This document shows, piece by piece, positions 49,200 to 63,531 of a DNA stretch of 64,000 nt. Numbering within the stretch: the first letter of the stretch is position 1; every line of letters begins with the position of its first letter. The notes under the pieces were generated by a model. That model saw only the letters and a program-made list of their open reading frames with translations. It was not told the origin of the DNA and did no database searches. Position numbers and translations under genes: made by a program. The stretch is from Octopus sinensis (lineage: Eukaryota): NCBI RefSeq assembly GCF_006345805.1, contig NC_043023.1:4030001-4094000 (forward strand), in the 5' to 3' direction.

Positions 49200-49780
49200 A
49201 GGGAAAGTGAGGGAAAGAGACAAAGATATAGAAATGTAGGGAAATGAAGGCAGAATAAGATGATGATGAGAGAGAGAGAGAGAAAGAGTGGGAAAGACAG
49301 ACTGGCACAGAAAGAAAGAGAGAGAGAGAGACAGGGATAGAGAGCTACAGACATTGAGAAAGATATAGACAGACAGTCAGAGAGTAAGGAAGAGAGAGAG
49401 AGTGGGGATAGATGCAGAGACAGAGAGAAAAATACATACAGAGAGAGGGAGGACAAATAGAGACAGGAGGGAGAGACAGACAGAAAAAATGAGTGAGAAA
49501 AAGAGACATAGGCAGACAGAGAGAGAAAGGGAGAGAATGGGGATAGATGGACAAACAGAGAAAAAGATAGATACATAGAGAGGGGAGGAGGAGGAGACAA
49601 ATAGACACAGGAAGAAATAGAGACAAAAGAGAAAGGCAGAAAGAAAGAGAGAGAGACAGGCAGACAGAGAGATGTGGGATAGAGGGAAAGATGGATACAT
49701 GCAGAGGTGAGAGAGAGAGAGGAAGAGACAAATAGACAAGCAAGCAGACAGAAATAGAGAGAGTGAAAGAGAGAGAGTTG
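49200..49780. repeat. AG-rich cryptic simple repeat
   Basis: Purine-rich agag/agac units with an internal duplication. Confidence 0.9.
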
Positions 49781-49812
49781 CTTTCCTTAAGGGATTTTTT
49801 GCTTTGTTGTTA

Positions 49813-49843
<31 letters not shown>

Positions 49844-50929
49844 AATTATTAAGTGAGTGAGGTGGCAGATTCGTTAGCAGGCTGGGTGAAATGCTTAGTG
49901 CTATTTCGTCTGCCACTACATTCTGAGTTCAAATCCTGCTAAGGTCAGCTATGCCTTTCATTCTTTCGGGGTCGACAAAATAAGTACCAGTTGAGCAGTG
50001 GGGTCGATGTAATTGACTTACCTCTCCCCGAAATTGCTGGCCTTGTGCCAAAATTTGAAACCATTATCATTATTTGTTGATAAAATAGTAACATTTTTGG
50101 GTCTCTTGAATTCTTTAAAGGCATTTGGGGCAGGAGTAGGATTATAGTAAGGGAATTCCTTTCTTAAGAGAATTTGTTGCTTTAATTATTTTGTTAGTTG
50201 ATGAAAAAAAAAAATTAGTGGTCTAATTGTATTTTTTTGCTTTTAGGGGTAGAGTTTGGATTTTTTAAGGGAGTCTGCTTTTGTAACATTTCACTTTGCT
50301 TATAAAAAAATTGGAAGTTTATTGTAAATTTGTTTTTAATTAAGCTGTAGGGAAACCCTAATTTTTTTGGTGCCTTTAAGGTATTTTAATTTAGGGGGTA
50401 GTATGGGACTGTCTTAAGGTAGTGGGCTGTTGTCTGTGTTTTGTGTTATTTTCTTAAAGGGAACTAGACTAACATTTTGTTTAATTTTTAGTAGGTTGTG
50501 GGCTGGGGATTGGGGGACGGGTTCTTTTTTTATCTTAAGGTATGTTGAACATTATGGATGCACACAACTGGTATCCTAATTGGGTTTTTTTTTGTGTTTT
50601 GTTGCATTATAATTTTGTTAAAAACCAGGTTTATCAATAGCATTTAGCTAATTTTGGGATGCTGATTCCAAATCTGGCATCAGATTTTTGAAATATAAAA
50701 TCTTTTAGTTTTGCTAGAAACAGCTATTTAATGCTCTTAAAGGAAGAATTAAACATATGTAGATGCAATTTTTAATGGCCAATATGTCTTTTTATTAATC
50801 TAATAAATCAAAATACAAAGTTGTGGGACTAAATGTACATTAGCATGAAAGAATTAAACTTGGTAATAGCCAAATATGAATACAAAATCTCTCTTCATTG
50901 TGGTCTTTCATTCTGATCATCTTATTACT

Positions 50930-51860
50930 GCAAGAACTTCCTCTTGTTTGGCAATCTCTTGTGCACAGCTTCTGGAACATCTCTCATCAAGCTCCAGGAG
51001 TAATCTATCATCATATCTGAGTCCCATTGGCCTTGGTTGCATTCTTCCCTTAAGATTATCAAGTTGTTTTTAGAACTATTTTTCGTTCGAGTCAATCTTT
51101 GGAACATAATAAAATTAATGATAAAGTGTATTTTATTAACCATGGGCTAAATTAGGAACAGAACAATAGGCCTAGTTATATCGGTCTTGATGAAAGTGTT
51201 TACCTCGTTCTTTGCTAACACCAGCCAGGTTCTTTGTGACTGTGGAAATAGTGCAGAATAGTGCAATTTACTGCTCATTCTACATCCAGGTACTTGCAAA
51301 CCCAAGAGCAGCTCCTCCACACTCGCTTGGTAGTTGTCAGCTTTTCTGCTCCCAACGAAATTCCACACCACATCAGAGAAGGCATTCCACTGCACTCATT
51401 GTTGTAACAAAATGTGGATCCCTGATGAGTGTTCTCATTTGAGATCTGTCAAATATTCCTGCCTTGTTCTTCTTCTTACACTGAGACTTGGTGAGGTTGT
51501 ACATATATACCTGAAGTAGTCCCCTCTGTGATCAAGAGCTCTGATGAATTGCTTCATCACACCAAGTTTCAACAAGGAATGTTATTCTAGTTTCCAAGAA
51601 CTATTTTAAAGTAAGCAAAATACACCTTCTTGACAAAGTTGTTAATGTTGTGCCATTGAGCCTGTGGAATGAAGTTTCCACAGATGTAACAGAAGATATT
51701 GGGGTCATTACAACACATCCTTCTTTTTGATGTTGTATCCATAGCTAGATCATAGTGGCTCGGTTCACACCTGAAAAGAAGAGGGAGGGTTTTAAAGCAA
51801 AGCTCATCTTGAACATGTTCAAAATTAGCATGACAATCCAGCCAAAATTCCTGCAAATAG
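50930..51860 (-). pseudogene. Internally deleted DNA-transposon transposase, Sola-superfamily-like (subgroup not assigned)
   Basis: CCNDPNIFCYICG...VYFAYFK; LKLGVMKQFIRALD; NFVGSRKADNYQASVEELL...GCRMSSKLH; QGQWDSDMMIDYSWSLMRD. Confidence 0.65.
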
Positions 51861-53746
51861 TAGTGTAAAGTTAATTTTTTGTATGCTCCAGGTAAATAAA
51901 GGTATATGCCGATGGCACTAAAATGTGATGTGGCAGAGCAAATCTGAGGTCAGTTTTAGAATCAGCGCTCAGAAATTAGTCTAAAACAGCTCTAAGAGTT
52001 TATGCCAGAAAATATAAGTTTTATTTTGTTGACCAGTGTTAAAGTTTTGTGGTATCTTTTGCCTGAAACTTATAGAATATTTAAACATATGTACCCTCAC
52101 ATACGCTCATACAAGCACACACATCTATTTTTGTATGGTTTCTTTGGTCAGCCTGGAGTTAGAGTACATATGCCCAAGGTACTGTGCAGCAGGACTGAAC
52201 CACAAACCATGTGGTTGGGAAGTGAACTTCTTGATCACACATCCATGCCTACACCTGTGATAGAATAATATGATAATTATTGCTCATAAAGATCTTATTA
52301 TATTTATACTCTGAAGGGAAATGCTTCTTCAGTAATGGGAAAAAAGATTTTAACCCTTGGTGTGGCTATTTGCATACTACATAGTGGATTATACCAACTG
52401 ATATAACTAGGTCTATTGTTCTGTTCCTAATTTAGTCCATGGTTACTAAAATACACTTTATCATTAATTTTATTATGTTCCAATGACTGACTAGAGCTAA
52501 AAATAGTTCTAAAAACAGCTTGATAATCTTCATGCAATATTTCTAACTAAATTTTTTAAAATATTGACAGTATCATTAGAAAATTTTATTGATATAACTA
52601 ATAACTCTTAACAGGATTTCTATAAGGATATGCAAAGGTATGCGATCTAGTAATTAGTGTTGCACTCATGATGGTGAGAATGTGGTTTCAATTCCTAGAC
52701 TCAATGATGTGTTGTGTTCTTGAGCAAAACACTTTATTTTATATTACTCAAGTCTTATCAGCTGACAAAATTGAATAATCCTGCAACAGACTGGTGTCCC
52801 ATCCAGAAGAGGAATATATATACCACAGAATCTGGGAAGCCAGCCTTTTAGCTCAGGAAGGACCTTTGATTCCCCACCCTTTTTCTTTATTTCTTTGGAG
52901 ATAAAGTAGTTGATTAGATTGATAAATCCAGAAATAAATTCATGTCTGTTGTGGTTGAAAGAACCATTAAAGAAGAGAATTAGATCCGTTCTAATTCTGT
53001 TCATAGCAAAAGAGTGATACATAGCCATGGTGAACAGGCCACAACCTTTCAAGATTCCTTTCTAAATTAAAGAACTGCTCCCTAAGTTGAAGCAGTGTAA
53101 ATAGACTTATCAATTCAGTGACCCCTACAGAATCTTTTCTCCCCATAATCACATCAAATGCAGTGCTAACAGGTTTTCTCTTTTCTTTTTCTTATAAATG
53201 TTGTCATCAAAGTTCATCACTGTTTTCCACTCATGAGAAACATTGCTTTTGAAATCTGAACTTACAAAACTTTTCAATTTTTTTGTAAATTCAATTTATT
53301 TATATTTGCAATATATTCCTCGTCATCAATGTTGGCTTCATTTTTACACCTGCTTTTTCCTTGCTGGCATCAGCACAGCAAATGTATCAACCCCAGAACT
53401 TATTTTCTTTTTAAGGCTGGTACTTATTCTATCAGTCACTTTCACCAAATCAATAAGCTATAAGGATGTAGACAGACCAACACCGGGTGTCAAGCATAGT
53501 TGGGGATGATCACAGAGGGAAAAACATAAACACACATATACATGATGGGTTTCTTTCGTTTAGGTCTACCAGATCCACTCACAAGGCCTTGGTCAGCCCA
53601 AGGCTATAGTAGAAGACACTTGCCCAAGGTGCCATGCAGTGGGACTGAACCTGGAACTATGCAGTTGGGATGCAAATTCTTACCTATATATACATACAAA
53701 ATATGTATGTGTGTACATACCAAGGCTGTGAAGATTTTAGAACATT

Positions 53747-54163
53747 TATAAATAGAAGGTCTTACAGCTATATCCCTTCATCAGAGACGGTGTGAGAGGA
53801 TGGTTAAGTAATAGTTATTCTATATAAGATACGAAATATAGAATGAGGAATGAAAATAGATGTGAGATATGTAGGGATATTGCATTTGTAGATCCATTAT
53901 TTAAGCAGAATGGTATATATATATGATTCCAATATCTTGTGAGTAAACAGGGTATTGGAATCTTATATGTATACCATTCTGCCTAAATAATGGATCTAGA
54001 GATGCAATATCCCTGCATATCTCACATCTATTTTCATTCCTCCACCTCACTCTATACTCGTATCTTATCTGAATTAACTATTGCTTTACCATTCTCTCAC
54101 ACCGTCTCCGATGAAGGGATATAATAAATATCCCAGAAACAGCTGTAAGACCTTCTATTTATA
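53747..54163. mobile_element. Fold-back element carrying hammerhead family 4
   Basis: Arms 53747-53940 / 53947-54163 with a 6-nt loop gagtaa. Confidence 0.85.
54104..54151 (+). ncRNA. Hammerhead ribozyme motif, family 4 (core CCGATGA; the opposite arm keeps CTGATGA)
   Basis: gtct-CCGATGA-a-gggatat/atatccc-a-GAAAC-AGCT-GTA-agac. Confidence 0.65.
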
Positions 54164-54410
54164 TATGTGTGTGTGTATTTATATATGATTAGCTTCTTTC
54201 AGTTTCTATCTGCCAAATACACTCTTATCACTTTGGTCGGACTCAGGCACTTGCCCAAGTTGCCATACAGTGGGACTGAACTTGGAAACATATGGCTGGG
54301 ATGCAAGCCCTCTTATCACAGAACCACATCTGTGCCTATACAGTTATTCACATATACACACACGTGTGTGTGTGAGTGTATGTATATATACACATATATA
54401 TATATATATT

Positions 54411-54442
<32 letters not shown>

Positions 54443-55019
54443 ATCATCATCATCATTTAATGTCAAATTAGATACGGGTTTTAAGTTTGAATCTTTTGAG
54501 CACTACTAATAGGTAACTAAGTACATACTAACAAACAACCGTCCCTGTGTATCAAGTTTCCCTCACAAACACTGGAGAGCCCAAAGCTACATGAGAAGGT
54601 ACTCAGCCAAACTGACACCCAGTGGGATGAGAAGACACCAAAACCATGGGCACACCAGATAAAATCCTTAACCTCCCAGTCATGCCCACACCTTCCAAAT
54701 ATCTTTACGATATGACTCATCACTATTTTACTTAATTGGCAGGAAAAAATACGAAGAAATTAATTAGGCTTGATTACTGTTTGTGTTGGTTTTTCGTGAG
54801 TCTTTTGTACGATATCACCACCATCCTTCTGTGGAAAAAAAAGACATGAATATGGATGTTATTGTTATTGTTGGTGTTGTTGTCATTGATTGTCTTTGTT
54901 GCTGTTGTTGTTGTTGTTGTACTTTAGAAAATTACCTTATTTATTCTATTATTTTTTATTAATGATTCACTTTATAGAAATACCTTCATTAAAAATTTAT
55001 TATTACTATTGAATTATTA

Positions 55020-55053
<34 letters not shown>

Positions 55054-55846
55054 GGCAGTGAGCAGGTAGAATCATTAGCCCAGTGTGCTAAATGCTTAGC
55101 AGTATTTTGTATATAGCTACGTTCTGAGTTCAAATTACACCAAGGTTGACTTTGCCTTTCATCCTTTCAGGGTCAATAAATTAAACACCAGTCAAGTACT
55201 GGGGTCAATGTAATCAAGTGTCCCCCTCCCCACAAAAATCCAGGCCTTGTGCCAATAGTAGAAAGGATTATTATTATTGTGTTATCAATGATGATGAAGC
55301 AATAATAATGGTTTCAAATTTTGGTATAAGTTCAGCAAGTTCAGGGGAAGGGCCCAGTTCAGGGGAAGGACCCCAGTACTCAGCTGGTACTTATTTTATC
55401 AACCTCAAAAGGATGAAAGGCAAAGTGGACTACAACAGAATTTGAACTCAGAGAATGAAGACAGATGAAATGCCCCTAAGCATTTTTCCCAGGGCACCAA
55501 TGTCCTTTCTGCTGTTGGCACAAAGCCTGAAATGTTAGGGGAAGGGGCTAATAATGATAATAATAACAATGACAGTAATAACTATGGTTTCAAATTTTGA
55601 TACAAAGCCAGCAAGATCAGAGAACGGGATAAGTCGATATAAACAACCCCAGTGTTTAACTGGTACTTATTTCATTGATGCCCCAAAGGATGAAGGAGCT
55701 AAGTCAGCCTCAGTGAAATTTGAACTCAGAATGTAAAGTGGGGTGAAATGTTGCAAAGCATTTTTGCTTGATATGCCAGAGACTCAAGGCTGGATTTGTT
55801 TTAGGAGAAAGCTTTGATTATAACAGTTCAAGTACTCCATTTGTAC

Positions 55847-55885
<39 letters not shown>

Positions 55886-57639
55886 ATTTCAAAGCTGTTG
55901 CATGCTACTTCAGCAAGCAGGGGAGGTTTGCTAACAACACATCTCAAATCTCAAGAATCTTCTCAGGATTCTTGCAGAGAATAGGATGGTATTTTTGGAA
56001 GATCAACAAGCTGAGTCTGAATTTCAATCTCTTCAAGAGTAGTTTCGGTGTTGTACCAAGGGTATTCAGCTCACGATCATAACATCATGGGTTTAGTTCC
56101 TTGTAGTAATGTTGTGTCCTTGAGCAAGACACTTCATTTCACTTTGCTCCAGTCCACTCAACTGGCAAAAAGGAGTCATACTTGAAATTCAAAGAGTCAC
56201 CTATTCACATTCAGTGTCACATTGAATCATCATCATCATCGTTTAACGTCCGCCTTCCATGCTAGTATGGGTTGGATGAATGACTGAGGGCTGGCGAACC
56301 AGATGGCTGCACCAGGCTCCAATCTGCTTTGGCATTCTACAGTTGGATGCCCTTCCTAATGCCAACCACTCCGAGAGTGTAGTGGGTGCTTTTACGTGCC
56401 ACTGGTACGGGGCCAGTCAGGCGGTACTGGCAACGACCTTGCTCGAATCTTTTACACATGCCACCGGCACAGGTGCCAGTAAGGTGATGCTGGTAACGAT
56501 CACGCTCGAATGGTGTCTTTTATGTGCCACCGGCACGGAGGCCAGATAGCCGCTCTGGCAACGATCACACTCCAGGGTACATGTGTCTGTGGAGCTCTCA
56601 GCCTCTTGCACATGAATTTCACGAGTAGGCTATTCCATTGATTGGGTCAAGTGGAACCCTCATCGACATAACTGACAGAGTGCCAATGTCCTTGAGCAAG
56701 ACACTTTATTTCACATTGCTGCAGTCCACTCAGTGAGCAAAATTGACTTGCACCTGTACTGCAAAGGGTTAACCGTGTCATATTCTGTATCATGCTGAAT
56801 CTCCCTGAGAAGCACATTGAGGATATGCATGTCTGTGGAGTACTCAGCCCCTTGCACATGAATTCCACAAGTAGACTATTCCATTGACAGGTTCAGCTGG
56901 AGCATTTATCATTGTAACTGACAGAATGCCAGTCGGTGGGTGTTGTGCCCAGTGCACTAATTACCACAGGAATAATCATCTTGTTAATCTTCCAAAATCT
57001 TTTAGTCTTTGTGTCTGGGTCCTGATATTTGTCAAATCTTTTTCAATTCCTTCGACATGAAGAAAGTTTCTTCTGATCTTTACATTCTGAGTTCAGATTC
57101 CACAAAACCTACTTAGCCTTTAATCATTCCTGGCTTTGATAAAATAAAGTAGAAGATTAGAACAGATGTTAAAACAATCGACTGTACACCACCAACAACA
57201 GCAACAACAAACTTAATGAGTTGGATTTCATATTTATTCTGTTTTGCACTGCTCTGCTCTTAGGCAAATATGCATCATCATCATCATCATTTAACGTCTG
57301 CTTTCCATGCTAGCATGGGTTGGACGGTTCAACCAGGGTCTGGTAAGTTATGGAGGCTGCACCAGGCTCTAGTCTGATTTGGCAGTGTTTCTACAGCTGG
57401 ATGCCCTTCCTAATGCCAACCACTCCAAGAGTGTAGTGGGTGTTTTTTACGTGCCACCGGCACACAGGGGCCAGAGCAGGCTGGCAAACGGCCACGATCG
57501 GATGGTGCTTTTACATACATATGGGTACATATATACATGTGCATGAGTGTGTGTGTGTGTATGTATATATATATATATATCTATATATACACACATACAC
57601 ACTCACACATGCACATATACACACATACACATATATAGG

Positions 57640-57801
57640 CGCAGGTATGACTGTGTTAAGAAGCTTGCTTCCCAACCACATGGTTCTGGGTTCAGTCTCA
57701 CTGCATGGCACCTTCAGCAAGTGTCTTCTACTATAGCTTTGGCCCAACCTAGCCTTGTCAGTAGATTTGGTAGATGGAAACTGAAAGAAGCCCATTGTCT
57801 C

Positions 57802-57868
<67 letters not shown>

Positions 57869-58124
57869 ATGTGTATGTATATGTATAAAGTATGTATGTA
57901 TTTGTATGTTTGTGTTTCTACGCCCACCATCACTTGACAATCCCTGTAACTTAGTGTACATCCCTGTAACCTAGTGGTTTGGCAAAAAGACACTGATAGA
58001 ATAAGTACTAGGCTCACAAAGAATAAGTGCTGTGGACGATTTGTTCAACTAAATGCGGTGCTCCAGCATGGCCACAGTCAAATGACTGAAACAAGTAAAA
58101 GAATAATGGAAAGTATATATATGG

Positions 58125-58166
<42 letters not shown>

Positions 58167-58448
58167 ATATATATATATATGTGTGTGTGTGTATGTGTAT
58201 GTATATGTATAAAGTATGTATGTATTTGTATGTTTGTGTTTCTACGCCCACCATCACTTGACAATCCCTGTAACTTAGTGTACATCCCTGTAACCTAGTG
58301 GTTTGGCAAAAAGACACTGATAGAATAAGTACTAGGCTCACAAAGAATAAGTGCTGTGGACGATTTGTTCAACTAAATGCGGTGCTCCAGCATGGCCACA
58401 GTCAAATGACTGAAACAAGTAAAAGAATAATGGAAAGTATATATATGG

Positions 58449-58490
<42 letters not shown>
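57640..58490 (+). mobile_element. SINE family A with an exact 324-bp tandem duplication of its 3' half
   Basis: Identical sequence offset by 324 nt (e.g. 57974 vs 58298). Confidence 0.9.
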
Positions 58491-58491
<1 letters not shown>

Positions 58492-58494
<3 letters not shown>

Positions 58495-58630
58495 TACATT
58501 ATTTACATTGGACAGAGATGTGTCCTCATCTTGTTTGTTGTTACCACGTTTCAGCTGATTTACTCTCCAGCCTTCATCAGGTGTCGTGGTAGGATTTTGA
58601 ACCCAACCCTGGGTTCTCATTCCTAAGGTA
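58492..58630 (-). mobile_element. Diverged copy of the hammerhead family 1 element
   Basis: Minus-strand gacacCTGATGAaggctggagagtaaatcagctGAAACGT...gatgaggacac. Confidence 0.75.
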
Positions 58631-59273
58631 TATATTATACGTATATATAAATGAAAAATATATATACCTATATATAAATGAAAAATGCATTAGATACTAG
58701 CAAACATACATGCAGGACAGACATATTGACCCTAATTCTTCTTTAGTTATCGACAAAAAATGCTAATACCCAGATTCATGCCTTTAATAATAAGCCTGGA
58801 AAGTCCATATCTCAGCGGCATTCACAAGATTTCTGTAGGATTAGAGCTTGAGCAAAGAAAACAATAGAGAGTGGACATATGAAAGTAAGTAAATAACAAT
58901 AATTAAAGGCTTACGGCCAAACACACGTTTGATGGATTAATGCCTGGAAGAAATCCTCAAATGGATACCAAAACCGAATTAGTAAGAGAGGAGAAAAAAA
59001 GTTGACCAGTATGCTAGGGGTTTGGTGATGTGGGCAGCAGATAGAAGGGAAGGAGGATGGGAGAGAGGAAGTAGGGATGCTGCTAGAAAAGGAATATTAG
59101 GAGTAGAGAAAAAGAAAGAAAGACGCAAAATAGATATACAAACTTCCTGCTAACAAAAGTTGGGATGTATGGTGTTCAGTTATTCCCTACATGAAAATGC
59201 ATTTATTGCTAAAAAAAAGTGTACATGCATGACATATATATATATATAATATATATAGTTTCCCTCTGACTAT

Positions 59274-60790
59274 CTATTCCATGACTTTGCTGGTGTGTAA
59301 AGTCAGAGAGATAGGCCTATAGGTTTTGGCAACTGGTCTGCTTCCCTCTTTATGGATTGGGCATATTATTCCCTCCTTCAGTTTGCTTGGCAGTTTGCCA
59401 TTTGCAAGATAGCTCTGGAAGAGAATTTGGAGGGATTTCGCCAGGGCATGCTTACATAATTTGGGGAGGATTGCTGGGAAACCATCAGGACCAGCAGTTG
59501 AGTTTGTGTCCACTTCATCTATGGCTAGTAGTATATCTTCTTTGCTAATATCAATGTAATCCACCGTAACTGCCCCACTGGTTATAGGTGAAGCGGCAAA
59601 GACGTCCACTGGTTCGTTCACTTGTTTGTGTTACAACAGGGTGGTAAAGACAGTTTTGAACTGGTCATTCTTGAGAACATCAGACCTTCGGGCCATTTGA
59701 TGTTGGGGAAGTTGAAATCACCCATAAGAAATATGGTCACATGGTGTTCCAGATTCATGAGGATTTCTTTAATTCTTGTGAGGCAATCTTCAAACTTGCC
59801 TATGTGGTTTGGGGGCATCTGGTGGGCAATATGTATTGCATATGACTATACTATGTTGTCTTATGTATACAATTAGAGTGTCACATACCGAATTTGAGTA
59901 TGCCAGTAAGACCTGGGGTGTGAGGTCATCATGGATGTATACAGCAACTCCTTTCCACCATGGCTCCTTTTCCTTCTGTCTGTTTGCAGTATGGTATAGT
60001 TTGGTACGTGTACTTCTGCATCCTCTATATCAGGGCTGAGGTGGGTTTCCACAAGTGCTATGATTAGGGCTTGATTGCATGCAGCAAGATCTCTCAGGAA
60101 AGAAATTTTGCTTTTATTTTGATGCAACAGGCCCCCAATATTTAGTAAAAGTATGGGCGTGATGACCGTGCAGGCATTAGTGGAGGCCCTCCTGTGTCTG
60201 TTGACTGTGGTGGGCAAGGTTCCTTGTTTGTGCATGTTGTAGCAAGGTCAGCTGCTGCACAACCTTTTGCGCCATGTACAAAAAAGACTCTTGCTCAGCT
60301 GTCACGTTGTGCATAACATCTAAAGAGTGCACTTCTTTTGTAAATTTTTTCCTTGGAGAAATTGGTTGTCTTTTCTCAGGGAAGTTTTTCTCCTTAAGGT
60401 CCCTGTAGTTTTGGTGGGGTGTCGGGTGGGCAAACCGGCAGTTTTTGCTGTCTTCCCCATGCCAACATTTGCCCTGCAGGTAAAATTTGCAGGTTCTTGA
60501 GTGCCTTCCAAATTTCTTCTTTCCTGTAGGGTTTTGGATGGCATTAAATCCTCCATGAGGTTTTCTGTTTTTTTGTTTGGTGGGTTGGGGTTTGTGTCAT
60601 TTTTGCCTTTTCCTTTTTCTTCCTTTTCTTGTGGTGGGAACTTTTTTCCTGTGGTTGTCCCATGGGGTGAGGGTTCCATTCCTTTGTAGGACCACTGGCA
60701 CAGTGGGGCTTCTAGTTACTGCTTCCTTGGCTCCCCTTTCCTTTTCTGCCTGCTCATTCACAGGGGTGAGTGATCCATTCCTTTGAGAAA
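59274..60790 (-). pseudogene. CR1/Jockey-group LINE remnant: ORF1 zinc finger, APE endonuclease, RT N-terminus
   Basis: CKFYLQGKCWHG..NCRFAHP; LLNIGGL...ALVETHL...TDRRKRSHGG; MGDFNFPNIKW; STAGPDGFPAI...ICPIHKEG...YRPISLT. Confidence 0.85.
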
Positions 60791-61315
60791 CCACTGGATC
60801 AAAGAGACATAAATGCATATTAGCGACAGTACTAATACATTTCTACTCAAGGCACAAGGCCTGAAATTTTTGCAGATAAGTGACCAATTGATTACATCGA
60901 CCGCCAGTGATTCACTAATACTTAATTTATCGACCCCAAAAGGATGAAAGGCAAAGTCGACCTCGGTGGAATTTAAAATCAGAATGTAAAGAAAGACAAA
61001 ATGCCATTGAGCATTTTGTCAGGTGTGCTAACGATTCTGCCAGCTCGCTGCCTTGAAATGTGTGTATATTTCCATCTATATATATATATATACATATATA
61101 TATATCATCATCATCATCATTTAGTGTCCGTTTTCCATGCTAGCATGGGTTGGACGGTTCAACTGGGGTCTGTGAAGCTGGAAGGCTTCATCAGGCCCAG
61201 TCAGATCTGGCAGTGTTTCTATGGCTGGATGCCCTTCCTAACGCCAACCACTCCGTGAGTGTAGTGGGTGCTTTTATATATATATATATATACAATGTGT
61301 GTATATATAATAGGT

Positions 61316-61363
<48 letters not shown>

Positions 61364-61458
61364 TGTGTATATATATATATAGGTAGATATATATATAGAT
61401 AGATATATGAATAAATGTGTATATATATACATCTATATATTCACACACACACACACAT

Positions 61459-61493
<35 letters not shown>

Positions 61494-61777
61494 ATATATA
61501 GGTTATAAGGGGTAATGGTGTCATTGAGACCCATAGGTGTCAGATAATGCTGAATAAGTGCTATAGATAGACCATAGTTAAGTTCCAGGTTCGGTGATTT
61601 TGTGAATAAAGGGTTCAACATTGGTTCTATGTCAGCATGTGTATATAAGAATTTTTTGCATAATGGGATAAAAAATTCTTATATATATATATGCATGTAT
61701 GTATGTATATGGAAGCCAACTCTGGCAACGATCTCACTCGGATGGTGCTGTTAGCGCTCCACTAGCATGTGCCAGTC

Positions 61778-61854
<77 letters not shown>

Positions 61855-62073
61855 CACATATATTATATATATATATATGGGTGTGTATATATGTTTGTGT
61901 GTCTGTGTCTCCCCAACATCGCTTGGCAACTGACGCTGGTGTGTTTACATCTCCGTAACTTAGCAGTTCGGCAAAAGGTACCGATAGAATATGTACTAGG
62001 TGTGCAGAGAATAAGTTCTGGGGTCGATACATATTGTGTGTGTATATATATATATATGTGTGTGTGTGTGTCC

Positions 62074-62107
<34 letters not shown>

Positions 62108-63127
62108 TTGTATGTATGTATGTGTATACAAATACTTGGAAATAGATACGTGGCTTTCAATTAAATAATATATATATTATTTATATTATTCTTTAAATGA
62201 ATGCTACGCATCCATTCCCAAGTAAGTTTATCTTAACCTTTTTGATGCAACTCTACTCTATACTGTTTTCTACTCTAATTCTCTTTGTCTCCCCTTCACC
62301 GTTTTCTATCTGTCTCTCTCTCCCCTCTTTGTTTTTTTCTCTCTCTTGTTGCTCACACATGACCATCATCCATCTTTCTTTTTCTGCACGGACGTTCTAC
62401 GGACTAGACGTCTTCTATGTCTCTCTTCTATCTTTTCTCTTTTCAAAGAAACTATTTCTTCAAGTGATCACAATTGTTTCCCTCGTTCTGGTCTAACGAA
62501 CCTTCATGTTTGTTCTCGTTCAATTTCCTTGTATGTCTACATTGCCCGTTGAAATCCAAAAGACCCGTGTTGTCGTTGAATGCTCGAAATAGGAGTAGAC
62601 AGACAGCTAACAACTGATGATGGGTCGTTCTTCATGTTACTTCTCCTGTTTTCAATCTTTTCTTTCGTCGTTTGCTTATTTAACTCATTTGTTTTCTTCT
62701 TTCATGTTGTTAACAGTTGGTAGATATTCACATATATATATATACATTCATATATAGATAAAGGGTGAAATATAATTAATTTAATAAACAAATTTCACCA
62801 AGTAGTATTTCGGCATGGAAATGAATCTTTGATTCTAATCCAGAAACGTGCGTCCATAATTGACCGTGGACTGTTTGATTTCATTATTTTTCTTCTTTTT
62901 TTGCCACATAATGAGTTACAAATACTGTTGTCTGTGGGGACATATTTTTGTAGTAAAAGGAAATAGCAGTCATCTGGCTGCTATTTCTAATACATTCAGT
63001 ATGTGGTCTAGCAACTTGTTGCAAAGACCCTCATCGTTATAATTATATTCATATATATTTATATATGTGTGTGTATATATCTATATGTGTGTGTATATAT
63101 ATGTGTATGTATATATATGTGTATATA

Positions 63128-63205
<78 letters not shown>

Positions 63206-63531
63206 TATATATATATATGTATATGTGTATATATGTGTGTATGTATTTATTTATATATATATATAAAGGATAACTCCAACAGTTACGATGAGGGCCCCAG
63301 CTGATATGATCAATGGAACAGCTTTCTCATTTATTAACATGCAAGTGGCTGACCACTCCACAGTCATGTGTACCGTTAATGTAGTTCTCAGTGAGATTCA
63401 GCATGACATAGAATGTGACAAGGCCGGCCCTCTTGAATTACAGGTACAGCTAATTTTTGCCTGCTGAATGGACTGGAGCAACATGAAATAAAGTGTCTTG
63501 CTCAAGGCCACAGCATGTCACCGGAGTTTTG

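Noticed and set aside
49097-49916. Hydrophobic L/S/F-rich ORFs resembling membrane proteins
   Set aside because: Reverse-strand translations of the AG-rich simple repeat.
62843-62860. GAAAC-GTGC-GTC hammerhead 3' half
   Set aside because: No CTGANGA upstream.
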